Positions 21,279-31,859 of a DNA stretch of 64,000 nucleotides are shown here, in pieces (position 1 is the stretch's first letter; each line of letters starts with the position of its first letter). Made by a program: the position numbers and the translations under genes. The stretch comes from Leptolyngbyaceae cyanobacterium (GTDB taxonomy: Bacteria > Cyanobacteriota > Cyanobacteriia > Phormidesmidales > Phormidesmidaceae): positions 2,944,001 through 3,008,000 of the forward strand of contig CBDHHL010000032.1 in assembly GCA_965263355.1 (NCBI GenBank). The letters are read 5' to 3'. The notes below the pieces were generated by a model that made no database searches, was not told the origin of the DNA, and saw only the letters and a program-made list of their open reading frames with translations.

Positions 21279-21614
21279 ATGTTTGGGGTGGTTATTCCTT
21301 ATGCCCATGCGGCCAAAAAATGGCAAGGGGGAGAGATGGGCTTACAGTTAGTTAGTTCTTTATTGCTAACGTTGTTTTTTTGCTTTTTGTTGCCCGCCGT
21401 TGGTATAGGGATGGCGTTAGGCGTTTTGACGTTGGGTGTGTGGTCGCCGCTATCGGCCATCAGTACTGTGGCTAAAGATGGTCTGATGAATTTTCTAATC
21501 ACGTTTGGGGCCGGTGATATGGGCCATGGTTTCATGATCATCTGTTTGACCATCAGTATTGTAGGTGGTCTATTTGATGTGTTTACGTTCTACAAATATT
21601 TATATTTAAAGTAA
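21279..21614 (+). CDS. hypothetical membrane protein
   Basis: Hydrophobic ORF ending VGGLFDVFTFYKY; start could be the second ATG (MGLQ). Confidence 0.65.
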   Translation: MFGVVIPYAHAAKKWQGGEMGLQLVSSLLLTLFFCFLLPAVGIGMALGVLTLGVWSPLSAISTVAKDGLMNFLITFGAGDMGHGFMIICLTISIVGGLFDVFTFYKYLYLK

Positions 21615-21786
21615 TGTTAGACGCTGAACATTGGTGTTTGATGGACCGATCAAATGAGCAGTTGTTTGCGACTGCGGCATGAGAGCAAATACCGGTAGTT
21701 TTGCGGAAATGTCACTATTTTTTGCCACAATATAAAGAAAAATATTTATGCTTTATGCTGGTAACGGTATTTTGCGCTGAGGTGAT

Positions 21787-23367
21787 ATGGGCGTAACTCC
21801 GGTGGCTAGGCTACAGGTACGGTTGCTGTGGGCAGCAATCTTAACAGGTTTGATTTGGCTAGGATTAGGGTCTCCAGCTTGGGCTCAGGTTCCTGGTGCA
21901 GCTTTTCAGGAACAACTGGCTGTTGAGATAGAGAATTCTATTCAACCTTACCTTGACCGGGTGACTAACGAAGTCAGTGAGTTCACCCTTGATAATGGCA
22001 TGACGTTTATTGTGCTGGAGCGTCATCAGGCTCCAGTTGTGTCAATGATGCTCTATGCCAAGGTTGGGGCAGTGAATGAAGAAGATGGTCATACGGGGGT
22101 AGCCCATTATCTAGAGCATTTAGCGTTTAAGGGGACAACCCAAATTGGAACTCGAGACTATAGGGCAGAGGCACCCCTGTTGCAAGAGATAGATGGGGTG
22201 TTTGATCAGCTGATGGCGGCTGAGGAGGCGGGAGATGAAGCGCAGGTGACGGCGTTGCGATCGCGGTTCGATACTCTCCAAGCCCAAGCATCAGAATACG
22301 TCGAACAAAACAAGTTTGGCCAAATTATTGAACAGTCTGGTGGACGGGGGCTGAATGCGACCACATCTGCTGATGCCACCCGCTACTTCTACAGCTTGCC
22401 ATCCAATAAGTTAGAGCTGTGGATGTCCCTGGAATCCGAGCGCTTTATCGACCCAGTATTTCGCGAATTTTACAAAGAAAAACAGGTCATTCTTGAAGAG
22501 CGTCGGATGCGGGTAGACAATTCACCCATCGGCAAAATCGTTGAAAAATTCCTAGAAGTTTCCTTTGACGAACATCCCTATCGTCGTCCGGTAATTGGTT
22601 ATCAAGATGATTTACGGTTGGCTACTCGCGAGGATGTCACCAAATTTTTTGACGCTTACTACGGACCCAGCAATCTGATTGCTGCCGTGGTGGGTGATGT
22701 TGATCCAGATAATGTCAAAGCGTTAGCGACCGCATATTTTGGCCGTATTCAGTCCCGTAGTCTGCCTCCCGAAGTCACTGTACAAGAGCCGCCCCAGACA
22801 GATCCCAAATACTTTGAGCTAACCCTGCCGAGTCAGCCCTGGTATCTGGAAGGGTTCCATCGTCCGGGCATCAATCATCCTGACCATGTGGTTTACTCTA
22901 TGATTGAGAGCATTTTGGTCGGTGGTCGTACATCTCGCATGTACCAAGACCTGGTGGAACAATCTCAAGTCGCTCTCAATATTGGTAGCGCCAATGGCTT
23001 CCCTGGCGATCTCTATGACAATATTTTGTTGCTCTACGGTTTGACTGCCCCTGGTCATACCGTTGATGATCTGGCTGAGCGGATGGATGGTTTACTCACG
23101 CAGCTAAAGCAAGAACCCGTGACACCTGAAGAGTTAGAGCGAGTCAAAACCCAGGCCAGGGCATCCATGTTGCGTAGCCTGGATTCGAATTCAGGTATGG
23201 CGAGTTTGCTGACAGAATACCAAGCAAAAACCGGTGACTGGCGTAACGTGTTCGAAGAACTAAAAGCGATTGAAGCGGTGACGGCTGGAGATGTCCAGCG
23301 GGTGGCTCAGGCAACCTTTGTGCCTAGTAATCGGACCGTTGGTAAGCTGCTATCGGCGGAGTCGTAA
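21787..23367 (+). CDS. M16 (pitrilysin) family peptidase, catalytic subunit
   Basis: Signal peptide; GVAHYLEHLAFKGT (HxxEH); LNATTS. Confidence 0.93.
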   Translation: MGVTPVARLQVRLLWAAILTGLIWLGLGSPAWAQVPGAAFQEQLAVEIENSIQPYLDRVTNEVSEFTLDNGMTFIVLERHQAPVVSMMLYAKVGAVNEEDGHTGVAHYLEHLAFKGTTQIGTRDYRAEAPLLQEIDGVFDQLMAAEEAGDEAQVTALRSRFDTLQAQASEYVEQNKFGQIIEQSGGRGLNATTSADATRYFYSLPSNKLELWMSLESERFIDPVFREFYKEKQVILEERRMRVDNSPIGKIVEKFLEVSFDEHPYRRPVIGYQDDLRLATREDVTKFFDAYYGPSNLIAAVVGDVDPDNVKALATAYFGRIQSRSLPPEVTVQEPPQTDPKYFELTLPSQPWYLEGFHRPGINHPDHVVYSMIESILVGGRTSRMYQDLVEQSQVALNIGSANGFPGDLYDNILLLYGLTAPGHTVDDLAERMDGLLTQLKQEPVTPEELERVKTQARASMLRSLDSNSGMASLLTEYQAKTGDWRNVFEELKAIEAVTAGDVQRVAQATFVPSNRTVGKLLSAES

Positions 23368-23413
23368 CTGTCCTTTCCTACATAGTCTTAAGGGCTGATT
23401 TTTTTGGTGGGCA

Positions 23414-24934
23414 TTGCCCATCCTAACTATTCTCTATTCCCCACTTAACCCTATGTTTTGGTTTTCCAAGCGTCGTTTGATCACAAGCTTCTTTCTAGCC
23501 ATGGCTGCCTTTAGCTTGATGCTTACCTTGGGGTGGAGCAAGCCAGCGAATGCGGTAACGGCACGTCACTATACTGATTTAGAATTTGAGCCCCTGAGCG
23601 AAATTCAAATTCCCGACTTTGAGCGCTATGAGCTGCCCAATGGTATAGTCGTGTACCTCATGGAGAACCATGACCTGCCGTTGGTGAGTGGTTCCGCTAC
23701 GTTTAAGGCAGGAGAATTTATGGAGCCCGAAGGCAAGGTTGGCTTGGCTGGCATGATGGGGCAATCCATGCGTAGGGGGGGGACGGTTAGCTACACTCCT
23801 GAGCAGCTGAATCAATTTCTAGAGCAGCGGGCCGCATCGGTAGAGACTAGTCTGGGGGTGACTACGGGGAGTGCTAGTTTTAGTGCGTTGAGTGAAGATC
23901 TGACTGATGTATTTTCGGTGTTTGCAGAGGTGATTCAGAAGCCTGCCTTTGCCCCAGAAAAACTTGACCTGCTTAAGAGTCAGTATCGTGGCAGTATTGC
24001 CCGGCGTAATGATGACCCGGATGATGTCACCACCCGTGAGTTTCGCAAGTTGATCTACGGTGCTCAGAGCCCGTTCGCTCGCATGGTGGAGTACAGTGAT
24101 GTTGATAATATTTCGCGAGATGACATTGTTGACTTTTATCAAACTGCCATTCAGCCGAGGGGTACGATTTTAGGCATTAGCGGTGATTTTGATGCGAGTC
24201 AGATGAAGTCGCTGATTGCAGAATTTTTTGCGGACTGGTCACCGTCAGCCAGGGCCAAAATCAATGTGGAGTTGCCCCAGGTAGAGCAGCAAACTAATGG
24301 TTTATATGTGGTCAATCAGCCCCAGCTCACCCAGAGTTATATTCACATCGGTCATTTAGGGGGGCGTTTAGATAGTCCTGATCATGCTCCGATGGTGATT
24401 CTTAATGAAGTGCTGAATGGTTTTGGCGGCCGACTTTTTAACGATATTCGCTCGCGTCAGGGTCTAGCTTATGTGGTTTATGCATTCTGGAGCCCTCGCT
24501 ATGACCATCCTGGTTTGTTTATCGGTGGTGGTCAAACCCGATCGGAAGCGACGGTGCCCTTTATTAAAACCATGTATGAGGAAATCCAGCGGGTGCGCCA
24601 TGAACCAATTACAGCTGCAGAATTGCAATATGCCAAGGATGCTGTACTTAATAGCTTTGTGTTTAACTTTGCGACGCCAGAGCAAACGCTGTCACGGCTG
24701 ATTCGCTATGAGTATTATGGCTATCCGTCCGATTTTGTATTTAAGTTTCAAAAAGCAGTGGAGGCCACCACCATTCAGCAGGTGTTAGATGCTGCCCAGC
24801 GCAATCTCAAGCCGAGGGATTTGGTCACCATTGTGGTGGGGAATATCGACGCGATTGACCCAGCGCTAGGAACTCTGGCGGAAGAGGTTAAAATTACACC
24901 TATCGATATCACCATTCCAGAGCCAACAGTTTAA
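23414..24934 (+). CDS. M16 family peptidase-like partner subunit (lacks HxxEH)
   Basis: LPNGIVVYL, RLFNDIRSRQGLAY; GLAGMMGQSM in place of the zinc motif; start probably ATG 23453. Confidence 0.9.
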   Translation: MPILTILYSPLNPMFWFSKRRLITSFFLAMAAFSLMLTLGWSKPANAVTARHYTDLEFEPLSEIQIPDFERYELPNGIVVYLMENHDLPLVSGSATFKAGEFMEPEGKVGLAGMMGQSMRRGGTVSYTPEQLNQFLEQRAASVETSLGVTTGSASFSALSEDLTDVFSVFAEVIQKPAFAPEKLDLLKSQYRGSIARRNDDPDDVTTREFRKLIYGAQSPFARMVEYSDVDNISRDDIVDFYQTAIQPRGTILGISGDFDASQMKSLIAEFFADWSPSARAKINVELPQVEQQTNGLYVVNQPQLTQSYIHIGHLGGRLDSPDHAPMVILNEVLNGFGGRLFNDIRSRQGLAYVVYAFWSPRYDHPGLFIGGGQTRSEATVPFIKTMYEEIQRVRHEPITAAELQYAKDAVLNSFVFNFATPEQTLSRLIRYEYYGYPSDFVFKFQKAVEATTIQQVLDAAQRNLKPRDLVTIVVGNIDAIDPALGTLAEEVKITPIDITIPEPTV

Positions 24935-24940
24935 TGGGTA

Positions 24941-25104
24941 ATGGCTTACAGCGACTTTACCCTACCTTGCAGGTGGTCGGTTTTGCCACCTACTTTACCT
25001 CTAGAGCCAAGCGATATACTGCGGAAGCTAATTGATTCGTACTTTACCCTGGGCAATCGCAGTCGGTTCTGAAATGGTCATTTTGTCATTTTGATCGCAC
25101 CTGA
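24941..25104 (+). pseudogene. degraded fragment of a common cyanobacterial hypothetical protein (MAYSDFTL-type)
   Basis: Frameshifted pieces MAYSDFTL..., PLEPSDILRKLIDS, LPWAIAVGSE resemble a recalled family N-terminus; truncated. Confidence 0.5.
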
Positions 25105-26439
25105 TTAGCCGACTAATAAATCTTCCTCTGGATAGTGAATTGTGCTAGGTTTTGGGTCTCCTAAAAGGGCAGCCATCAGCAACAAGATGCCCACTCGACC
25201 GATGTACATAGTGACGATAATTACGCACTGACCCAGGGTTGATAGATCTGGAGTTATCCCTGTGGAGAGTCCGACCGTGGCAAAGGCAGAGACGGTTTCA
25301 AACAGCAGATATATAAATTCAATACCTGGGTCCGTTAGCGATAGCAGAATAGTTACCATGACGACTGTCATGCCGGATGCAACCACCACGCCAACGGCTT
25401 TTAGAACACGTTTATCGGGAATTTCCCTCTGATAGGCTAGAACCTCATCCTCGCCTTTGAGGACGGTGCGGGTGCAGTTGAGTAAAATTCTGACGGTGGT
25501 GGTTTTGATGCCGCCACCGGTACTGCCAGGGCTAGCACCGATAAACATGAGGGCGATCGCAATAAATAGCGAACTGGTTTCCATCGCCCCAATATCAATG
25601 GAGTTAAACCCGGCGGTGCGCATAATCACAGACTGAAACCCAGCCTCCATGAGTTTCATGTTGACTGGTTCAGCTGCCAGGGTAGCGGGATTGAAAAATT
25701 CGACGGCAAAAAAGGCAATGGTCCCCAGGGTGAGGAGAACTAGGGATGTACTGGTGACCACCTTAAAGTGAAGCGAAAACACTTGATGCTTGCGTTGGCG
25801 ACGAATGCGATCGCGAATCCAAATAAATAGCTCCATAATCACCTGATAACCAATGCCCCCAATAATCACCAGCGCTGCAATTACAGCATTAATCCAGGGG
25901 GAACGCGCATACTGAACCAAGCTATCGGCAAAGAGACTAAAGCCTGCATTATTAAAAGCGCTGATGCTATGAAAAACCGATAACCATAGACTGCGACCTG
26001 CACCATAATCATCAGCAAAGCGTGGCATTAACAAAAACACACCGCTTAGCTCAAAAATCAGGGTCATCGCAATAATGGACTTAATCAGAGACGCCGCAGA
26101 CGACAGTTCAGCCGTATCTAACGATTGCTGAATGGCCAGCCGATCCTTGAGGCCCAGTCGCCTACCTAATAGCAGCAGCAATACTGTCGTTGCTGTCATG
26201 TAACCTAGCCCGCCCAGCTGGATCAGCAACAAAATAATCCCCTGGCCCAGGGGTGAAAAATAGGAACCCGTATCTACCACAATCAGCCCGGTGACACAGA
26301 CTGCTGATGTGGCTGTAAACAGAGCCACAATGGGATGATTCCAGTCACCACTTGCCGTTGCAAAGGGCAGCATCAGTAATAGTGTGCCGATGGTAATTAC
26401 CGTTAAAAAGCCAACACACACAGTCCTCGAAACGGTCAT
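25105..26439 (-). CDS. ktrB: TrkH/KtrB potassium uptake permease
   Basis: ALFTATSAVCVTGL, SAFNNAGF, RTAGF, PGSTGGGIK, SAFATVGLS pore motifs. Confidence 0.92.
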   Translation of the reverse strand: MTVSRTVCVGFLTVITIGTLLLMLPFATASGDWNHPIVALFTATSAVCVTGLIVVDTGSYFSPLGQGIILLLIQLGGLGYMTATTVLLLLLGRRLGLKDRLAIQQSLDTAELSSAASLIKSIIAMTLIFELSGVFLLMPRFADDYGAGRSLWLSVFHSISAFNNAGFSLFADSLVQYARSPWINAVIAALVIIGGIGYQVIMELFIWIRDRIRRQRKHQVFSLHFKVVTSTSLVLLTLGTIAFFAVEFFNPATLAAEPVNMKLMEAGFQSVIMRTAGFNSIDIGAMETSSLFIAIALMFIGASPGSTGGGIKTTTVRILLNCTRTVLKGEDEVLAYQREIPDKRVLKAVGVVVASGMTVVMVTILLSLTDPGIEFIYLLFETVSAFATVGLSTGITPDLSTLGQCVIIVTMYIGRVGILLLMAALLGDPKPSTIHYPEEDLLVG

Positions 26440-26603
26440 TGGGGAGTACTCGCATAGTCTTAATTCAGGATGGTCCCTGTATTGCTCAGATCAATCGGTG
26501 GATTGGCCCAATCTGTCCAGTGTCCATAGTACTTATCGGTTAATTTTATGATGTTGTCTTGCCCTACTAAGGGTGATTTTTCTACGCATTGTTGGGAATG
26601 AAT

Positions 26604-26642
26604 AAGCAAGGGACTATCCTCAACGAGAAAAGTCCCTTGCTT
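26604..26642 (-). terminator. probable terminator of DUF3747/SLH gene
   Basis: AAGCAAGGGACT / AGTCCCTTGCTT inverted repeat. Confidence 0.65.
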
Positions 26643-26693
26643 GTTTATATTTACTTAAGGGATAGTGCCAAATAGCACCAAAGTAGCTTTCCC

Positions 26694-27947
26694 CTAGTTA
26701 GGGCAATCCACCAGACGTACTACCGCAGTGGCTGCATAGTTCCTCAGGGCATCACTGTTGGGTACAAAGGCAGTACCAGACTCATTTACAGGGCTAGCAA
26801 TGCCGCAGTAAGCCGAGAGGCTAGAAATCACATCAGCTGCCCAATGACCTTGAGTATCGGAAAAGGCAAAGGCCTGTTGAGTTGGTGTTAAAGCGGTTCC
26901 TTGACCAAGAACACGCTTACGATACTCAGCTGCCCGACGGACCACAGCCATCATTTCAGCCCGAGTTACTTCTTGAGCGGGGCGGAAATCGCCTTCAGGG
27001 TAACCACTGACAATACCGCTTTGGCTGGCGAACTGAATCTTGGCAGCACTCCAGCGATTGCTAGCAACATCTGTAAAAGGGGCAGTCGTGACTGCGCTGG
27101 GTAGGGCAATGGAGATATTGTCCTGGGCGTCCAGAGCTTCAATCACCATAGATACCAACTGCTCACGGGTTAGGGCAGTACGAGGACGGAATGTCCCATC
27201 CTGGAACCCAGCAATAAAGCCAATTTCTACAGCCCGACTAATCTGTGTGGCATAGACATCATTGGTGACATCGCGAAACTCCGTGTTGTTTGTCGGAGGT
27301 GTGGGTGTGGGCGTAGGATTGGTAACCACCGGAGGATTTTTAATCGTAGGTCCACCACTTTGCTCGACTAAAGCCGCAAGCGGAGCATCGTGGGTGAGAT
27401 AGAGATGTCCAAGGGTGCGTCCGTCTAAGGTACGGCGAGTCAAACGCCAACCAGGGTTGAGGAAAATTTTCGTAAACCCATTACTGGCTTGGCCAAAAGT
27501 ACGGCCTAAGTTCATTGGGGGGGCGGACCGATACGGGTTAGTAGGGAAAGAACTGGGCTTAGCGATGAGAAGATATTCGCCGTCTTCTTCCTTAATCTCG
27601 AGATTGAAACGACTACCGGCGTCGCCATCACCCGCTCGAATAGAATAGCCATTACTATCGGTGGCCCGTCCGCAGATCCCAGAAAAGTCAAAATTTAGCA
27701 ATAGAGGTTCAATTTGGACTGGGTTAGACCCTGATTCACCCCAGCATAGCTGCGCATTACTTTTTTGCTCAATGATCATAAATTGAGGACGACCGAGAAG
27801 GCCACCACCGGGAGCGGCGAGGAGCACAAAATTCTCTTGGTTGACTTCAGCATTACCAAAAGCTTGAGCATCTACGCGGGTAGTTGCTCCAAAAATTGCC
27901 AGTGTAGCTGCGGTAGCAGCAGCGATGCCTAAGCGTAATGGATTCAT
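26694..27947 (-). CDS. DUF3747 plus S-layer homology domain protein
   Basis: Signal peptide; PLLLNFDFSGICGRATDSNGYSIR; SLH repeats GFQDGTFRP and GYPEGDFRP; ATG 27947. Confidence 0.88.
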   Translation of the reverse strand: MNPLRLGIAAATAATLAIFGATTRVDAQAFGNAEVNQENFVLLAAPGGGLLGRPQFMIIEQKSNAQLCWGESGSNPVQIEPLLLNFDFSGICGRATDSNGYSIRAGDGDAGSRFNLEIKEEDGEYLLIAKPSSFPTNPYRSAPPMNLGRTFGQASNGFTKIFLNPGWRLTRRTLDGRTLGHLYLTHDAPLAALVEQSGGPTIKNPPVVTNPTPTPTPPTNNTEFRDVTNDVYATQISRAVEIGFIAGFQDGTFRPRTALTREQLVSMVIEALDAQDNISIALPSAVTTAPFTDVASNRWSAAKIQFASQSGIVSGYPEGDFRPAQEVTRAEMMAVVRRAAEYRKRVLGQGTALTPTQQAFAFSDTQGHWAADVISSLSAYCGIASPVNESGTAFVPNSDALRNYAATAVVRLVDCPN

Positions 27948-28195
27948 TGTGTTGTTTTTAAGTGGAACTATGAAGCAGGACTCGAGTGAAGGTTGCCCGA
28001 TGGGCATCTGGACGTGACGTTCCAGTAATTTTTCTTGATGGAAGTTGTAGTCTGAATAACGTTAGGGATTAGCCGAGTGTTTTTACCTTACGAATTAACG
28101 CACATCCCAGGGGCGTTATTTTGGCTTTTTTTAGAGTTAGCGATGGGATTCAGAGATTTGTCGTTGTTTTTTTGATTGAAATCACCTAGCTACTC

Positions 28196-28280
28196 TAAAC
28201 CGCTTCCAAGGTAAAACCTTTAGGTTCTTCTATGGAAAAACGACTGTTCTGGACACTGTTCTGGACGTGGGCAAGGGTTA
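28196..28280 (+). repeat. ~73-bp dispersed hairpin element, copy A (internal 12-bp duplication)
   Basis: TAAACCGCTTCCAAG...CTATGGAAAAACG[ACTGTTCTGGAC]x2 GTGGGCAAGGGTTA; aligns with copies B-D. Confidence 0.8.
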
Positions 28281-28395
28281 GTTTTTCTTGCAGATAGAAC
28301 TGTGAGGATGGAATGTGACCCATAGACTTGCGGTGGTTAAGGTGAATTTGACACGATATAGGTGTTGTGAATGGAGCCCCTAGAGGAAGCAACCG

Positions 28396-29025
28396 ATGGT
28401 TCAAGGAATAACCCAATTGCTATGGCAGCATGGCAGTCACTCGGTCGCTTTAGCGGGCGTCACATTGTTGACTTGGAGCTTAGCCGTTAGCTCTGCCGCT
28501 GAGGCTTTGGATGAAGTCGCTCTCAAACGCTTGATTGAAACCAATGAGTGTCCTGGATGTGACCTAGAAGGAGCTGATTTACGCCGTTTAGATCTCTCTG
28601 GTGCCAATTTACAAGGTGCCAACCTGAGAGAAGCTAATTTTTTCTACGCGATTTTAGATGGTGTTAACCTGTCAGGCGCGGATCTACGCTCAACTAATTT
28701 GTCTTATGTTACGGCTCTGACATTAGTGGGTGATAATGCTGGTGAGCTGGTAGAATTTCCAGCCCAGTTTATTGGCGCGGATATGGCAGGGGCGTTAATG
28801 CAATATGCTAATTTCTCAGGTGCTGAGATGATGGAGGCCAACTTTCAAGAGGCTTACATTGATAAGGCTCAGTTTGTGGGGACTCAACTGCAGGACTCGA
28901 ATTTTACGGTTACCTATGTCCATGACATCGATCTGACTGGTGCCAATCTTTGTGGGTCTACTTACTGGGCTGGAAATGACTACAGACGAGCTTGTAATGT
29001 CCCCTTTCCTGATTTGGGACAGTAG
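28396..29025 (+). CDS. pentapeptide repeat protein (probably exported)
   Basis: LKRLIETNECPGCDLEGADL followed by A(D/N)Lxx repeats; signal-like N-terminus. Confidence 0.9.
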   Translation: MVQGITQLLWQHGSHSVALAGVTLLTWSLAVSSAAEALDEVALKRLIETNECPGCDLEGADLRRLDLSGANLQGANLREANFFYAILDGVNLSGADLRSTNLSYVTALTLVGDNAGELVEFPAQFIGADMAGALMQYANFSGAEMMEANFQEAYIDKAQFVGTQLQDSNFTVTYVHDIDLTGANLCGSTYWAGNDYRRACNVPFPDLGQ

Positions 29026-29098
29026 GTGTAAGAGTTTAGAGTTTTATAGAGCTTGGCTTTTCTCAGCTGGCTGAATATTTTGGTGTTGAGTTCTGAAC

Positions 29099-29377
29099 TT
29101 AGTCTTGCTTGACCTGCTTTAGCATCTCCACCAGTACATGGTGAGCGTCTTTTGCATCGGTTAAGGGGCGCTCAAAACTAACGCGAACGGGAGTGCTTTG
29201 GCCGTCTATGGTGGCGTCTAAGTCCATACCTGTGGCGTCAATGGCTTTCATGATAGCTGCTGTGGCTGTTGTGGCATCACCGAACTTTTGAGCGTAGAGC
29301 AGTACAGCATCGGCATGATCGTCATTCATGTGTTTACAGATGCGATCGCTAACGGGGGACGTGATTGCTTCAGACAT
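29099..29377 (-). CDS. DUF2470 domain protein
   Basis: DRICKHMNDDHADAV...VLVEM. Confidence 0.88.
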   Translation of the reverse strand: MSEAITSPVSDRICKHMNDDHADAVLLYAQKFGDATTATAAIMKAIDATGMDLDATIDGQSTPVRVSFERPLTDAKDAHHVLVEMLKQVKQD

Positions 29378-29436
29378 AGAATTGTTCTACGAAATTTCGT
29401 ACACTACTGTTCTAAATCATAGGTTGCACTTTGATA

Positions 29437-29476
29437 TAAACCACGTTCAAGTTGAAACCTGTAGATTTTTCTATGG
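29437..29476 (+). repeat. dispersed hairpin element, copy B (5' half only)
   Basis: TAAACCACGTTCAAGTTGAAACCTGTAGATTTTTCTATGG matches the left half of copies A, C and D. Confidence 0.78.
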
Positions 29477-29506
29477 TTCTACACGAGTTCCTTTTCGGTC
29501 AGTCAG

Positions 29507-29932
29507 TTGATCATATCTTCCCAACCCCCGCCCGATGAGCATCCCTGGCCAACGGGGCATATTTTTCAGAGCCCAGGGGCGAACTTAACGTATCGTGTCA
29601 TCGGTCCCTGTTGTCGCCTTTTTGATCGTGAACAGCTACCATGGCCCTGTTGCCGTTTGCAGTGGCGAGGAAAAGAGCCAAGCTGGCGACGAATTGGCCG
29701 ACGATTCATTGTCGATTTGGCCACCAGACGCCATCCATCCTATTGTGTTGAAATTATTGGTCAGGGATATCGTGCCCAGCCGATTGTGGTCACGTTATAC
29801 ATGATTCAGTTTTCCAGTGAAATGCAGAATTGGTGGCATACTAAGCGTCGCTACTTGGCCACAGCAATCAATGCTTTAGTAACTGAAACAACAACATCTG
29901 AACCTGTTTCACTGGAGCAAGCGGCTCCATAA
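29507..29932 (+). CDS. conserved cyanobacterial hypothetical protein
   Basis: YRVIGPCCRLFDREQLPWPCCRLQWRGKEPSWRRIG. Confidence 0.7.
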   Translation: MIISSQPPPDEHPWPTGHIFQSPGANLTYRVIGPCCRLFDREQLPWPCCRLQWRGKEPSWRRIGRRFIVDLATRRHPSYCVEIIGQGYRAQPIVVTLYMIQFSSEMQNWWHTKRRYLATAINALVTETTTSEPVSLEQAAP

Positions 29933-29985
29933 ATCTTGCGATAGGATTATTAATGTCTCTTAGCAATTCATACTGACGGACATTT

Positions 29986-30228
29986 ATGAGTGTTGAGGTT
30001 CGTTTTCTTCCCGATAATATAACTGTTTCAGCCACTCCAGGGGAACCTATTTTGCAAGTGGCTGAGCGTGCAGGGGTGAACATTCCAACGGGGTGCCTGA
30101 TGGGGTCCTGTCATGCCTGTGAGGTTGATATCGAAGGTCAAGAAGAGCCCATCTGTGCTTGCATTTCAGCGATTCCGGCTACCCAGTCGCCCTATATCGT
30201 TAATCTTTATGTTGATCCAACTTGGTAA
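29986..30228 (+). CDS. 2Fe-2S ferredoxin-like protein
   Basis: GCLMGSCHAC...C plant-type cluster motif. Confidence 0.88.
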   Translation: MSVEVRFLPDNITVSATPGEPILQVAERAGVNIPTGCLMGSCHACEVDIEGQEEPICACISAIPATQSPYIVNLYVDPTW

Positions 30229-30257
30229 TCGAAGTGCAAAACCTATCAATTACCTTG

Positions 30258-31484
30258 CTACTCACTTGTTGTCTGTTCCAAAATTACCGCTTCATAGGGA
30301 ATGATACCGATGGTTTCGCTGCCTAAGCATTGGGCTGCTGCTTTGGATAAATCTAGAGAACGTTGGCCAATGTAAGGACCTCGATCATTAATCCTTACGA
30401 CAACTGTCCGATGATTATTCAAATTCCGGACATGTAGCATGGTATTGAATGGCAGCGTTTTGTGGGCCGCAGTCAAAGTGTTTTGGTCAAATGTCTCACC
30501 GTTTGCTGTTTGCCGGCCATGGAAATAGGGGCCATACCAAGATGCAATCCCATTGAGCGTTTGCTCAGAAGGCTTTAATGATGCCAGCATTACCTGAATA
30601 TCGCCAGCATCCAGTGGAGTTGCTCCCATTTTTTGTCTTAATTGGTCACTCCAGACAATGGCCGCCCATTCTTTATCTAAGATTGTTTTGTCATCTACGA
30701 CGTCGGCCTCACTGTTAGTCTCCTGAGGTAAAATATAAACGATAACATCGCTACTTAGACGAATGGCTGGTTGCCCATTCTCTGAGACTGGCATAACGTC
30801 ATTAGAATCTATTGGCTCATTACCCAATAGATTTTGCAGAGAGTGAATGGCAGCTGCCGTGCCATCAAGGGTACTCACCTCCCCAATCAGGTTACCTCGC
30901 AAGAACACTTTCAAGGCTGTGATATTTTCAGGCTTGGCCTTGTAGGGGGTATCGATACACTGTCTTAAGGCATGGCTAGGCATTATAGGCAGTGGCTTTT
31001 TAGGTTTTGCGATCGCTGGCTCCAGCGCAATATGGTTTGAAGTCTGATCTGCAACCTCTGTTTTGATATCTGAGACTTGTGGTGTCGGTGATGCTGTTGT
31101 TGTTGTTTTAGCTGTGGGGAATTGATTGGAAATTTTAGATTCAGCGGGAATTTTTTCCAGAGATTGCTCAAAAACCTGCTTTAAAGATCTGGTTGCATCC
31201 GCCAGGTTGAGTGGCTGTAATAGTTGAAATGACCCATTGAGAAACAATTCTTGAGATTGGAATTTGTTGGTTGGAATACTCCATACGGTCGGTAACGACG
31301 CATCTTTGTTCGATAACAAAACTGGCCATGCATTCAGCAAAGCTGAGGAGAATGGAGATTTAGGTAAAGTAGTTTGATTCGCTTGTCCTATACCACTTAT
31401 AAGCGCGGGTGCTGAAGATACGGTTACTTCAAAAACCGGTACATCAAACATAAAAGAGCTTACAGATGAACACGTTATTAACAA
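30258..31484 (-). CDS. rlpA: RlpA-family septal ring lytic transglycosylase
   Basis: C-terminal GIASWYGPYFHGRQTANGE...TAAHKTLPF...VRINDRGP; start uncertain. Confidence 0.88.
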   Translation of the reverse strand: MLITCSSVSSFMFDVPVFEVTVSSAPALISGIGQANQTTLPKSPFSSALLNAWPVLLSNKDASLPTVWSIPTNKFQSQELFLNGSFQLLQPLNLADATRSLKQVFEQSLEKIPAESKISNQFPTAKTTTTASPTPQVSDIKTEVADQTSNHIALEPAIAKPKKPLPIMPSHALRQCIDTPYKAKPENITALKVFLRGNLIGEVSTLDGTAAAIHSLQNLLGNEPIDSNDVMPVSENGQPAIRLSSDVIVYILPQETNSEADVVDDKTILDKEWAAIVWSDQLRQKMGATPLDAGDIQVMLASLKPSEQTLNGIASWYGPYFHGRQTANGETFDQNTLTAAHKTLPFNTMLHVRNLNNHRTVVVRINDRGPYIGQRSLDLSKAAAQCLGSETIGIIPYEAVILEQTTSE

Positions 31485-31859
31485 AGCAGTTCCAAAAACA
31501 AATGGGAAACCATAATTTCAACGATGTCAAGGTTAACTGCTGCCAGAAAATAAGGAATCAATCAAGAAATAACGCTAGCCTTTGGCTCAGGCACTGTATC
31601 TAAAACTACAATTTTATTAGTATACAGTCTGTTCTAAGACTTAATACTGTCTGTCATCAACTCCTTAACTCCAAAAAAATAATGGTATTTAGAGTTAATT
31701 GGTTAAAAACAGTGTCTATAGGCAATTGCTCTGTTAGTAGTTAACTATTTCGTCCAGTTGTTGATAAGTAACTTTAATCTTTCAAGATAATGCAATAGTT
31801 GATCGTCATACTGCCTAGTGTTGGATGCAAGTGGAGGGTTGAAGCTACTCGGGATATCT

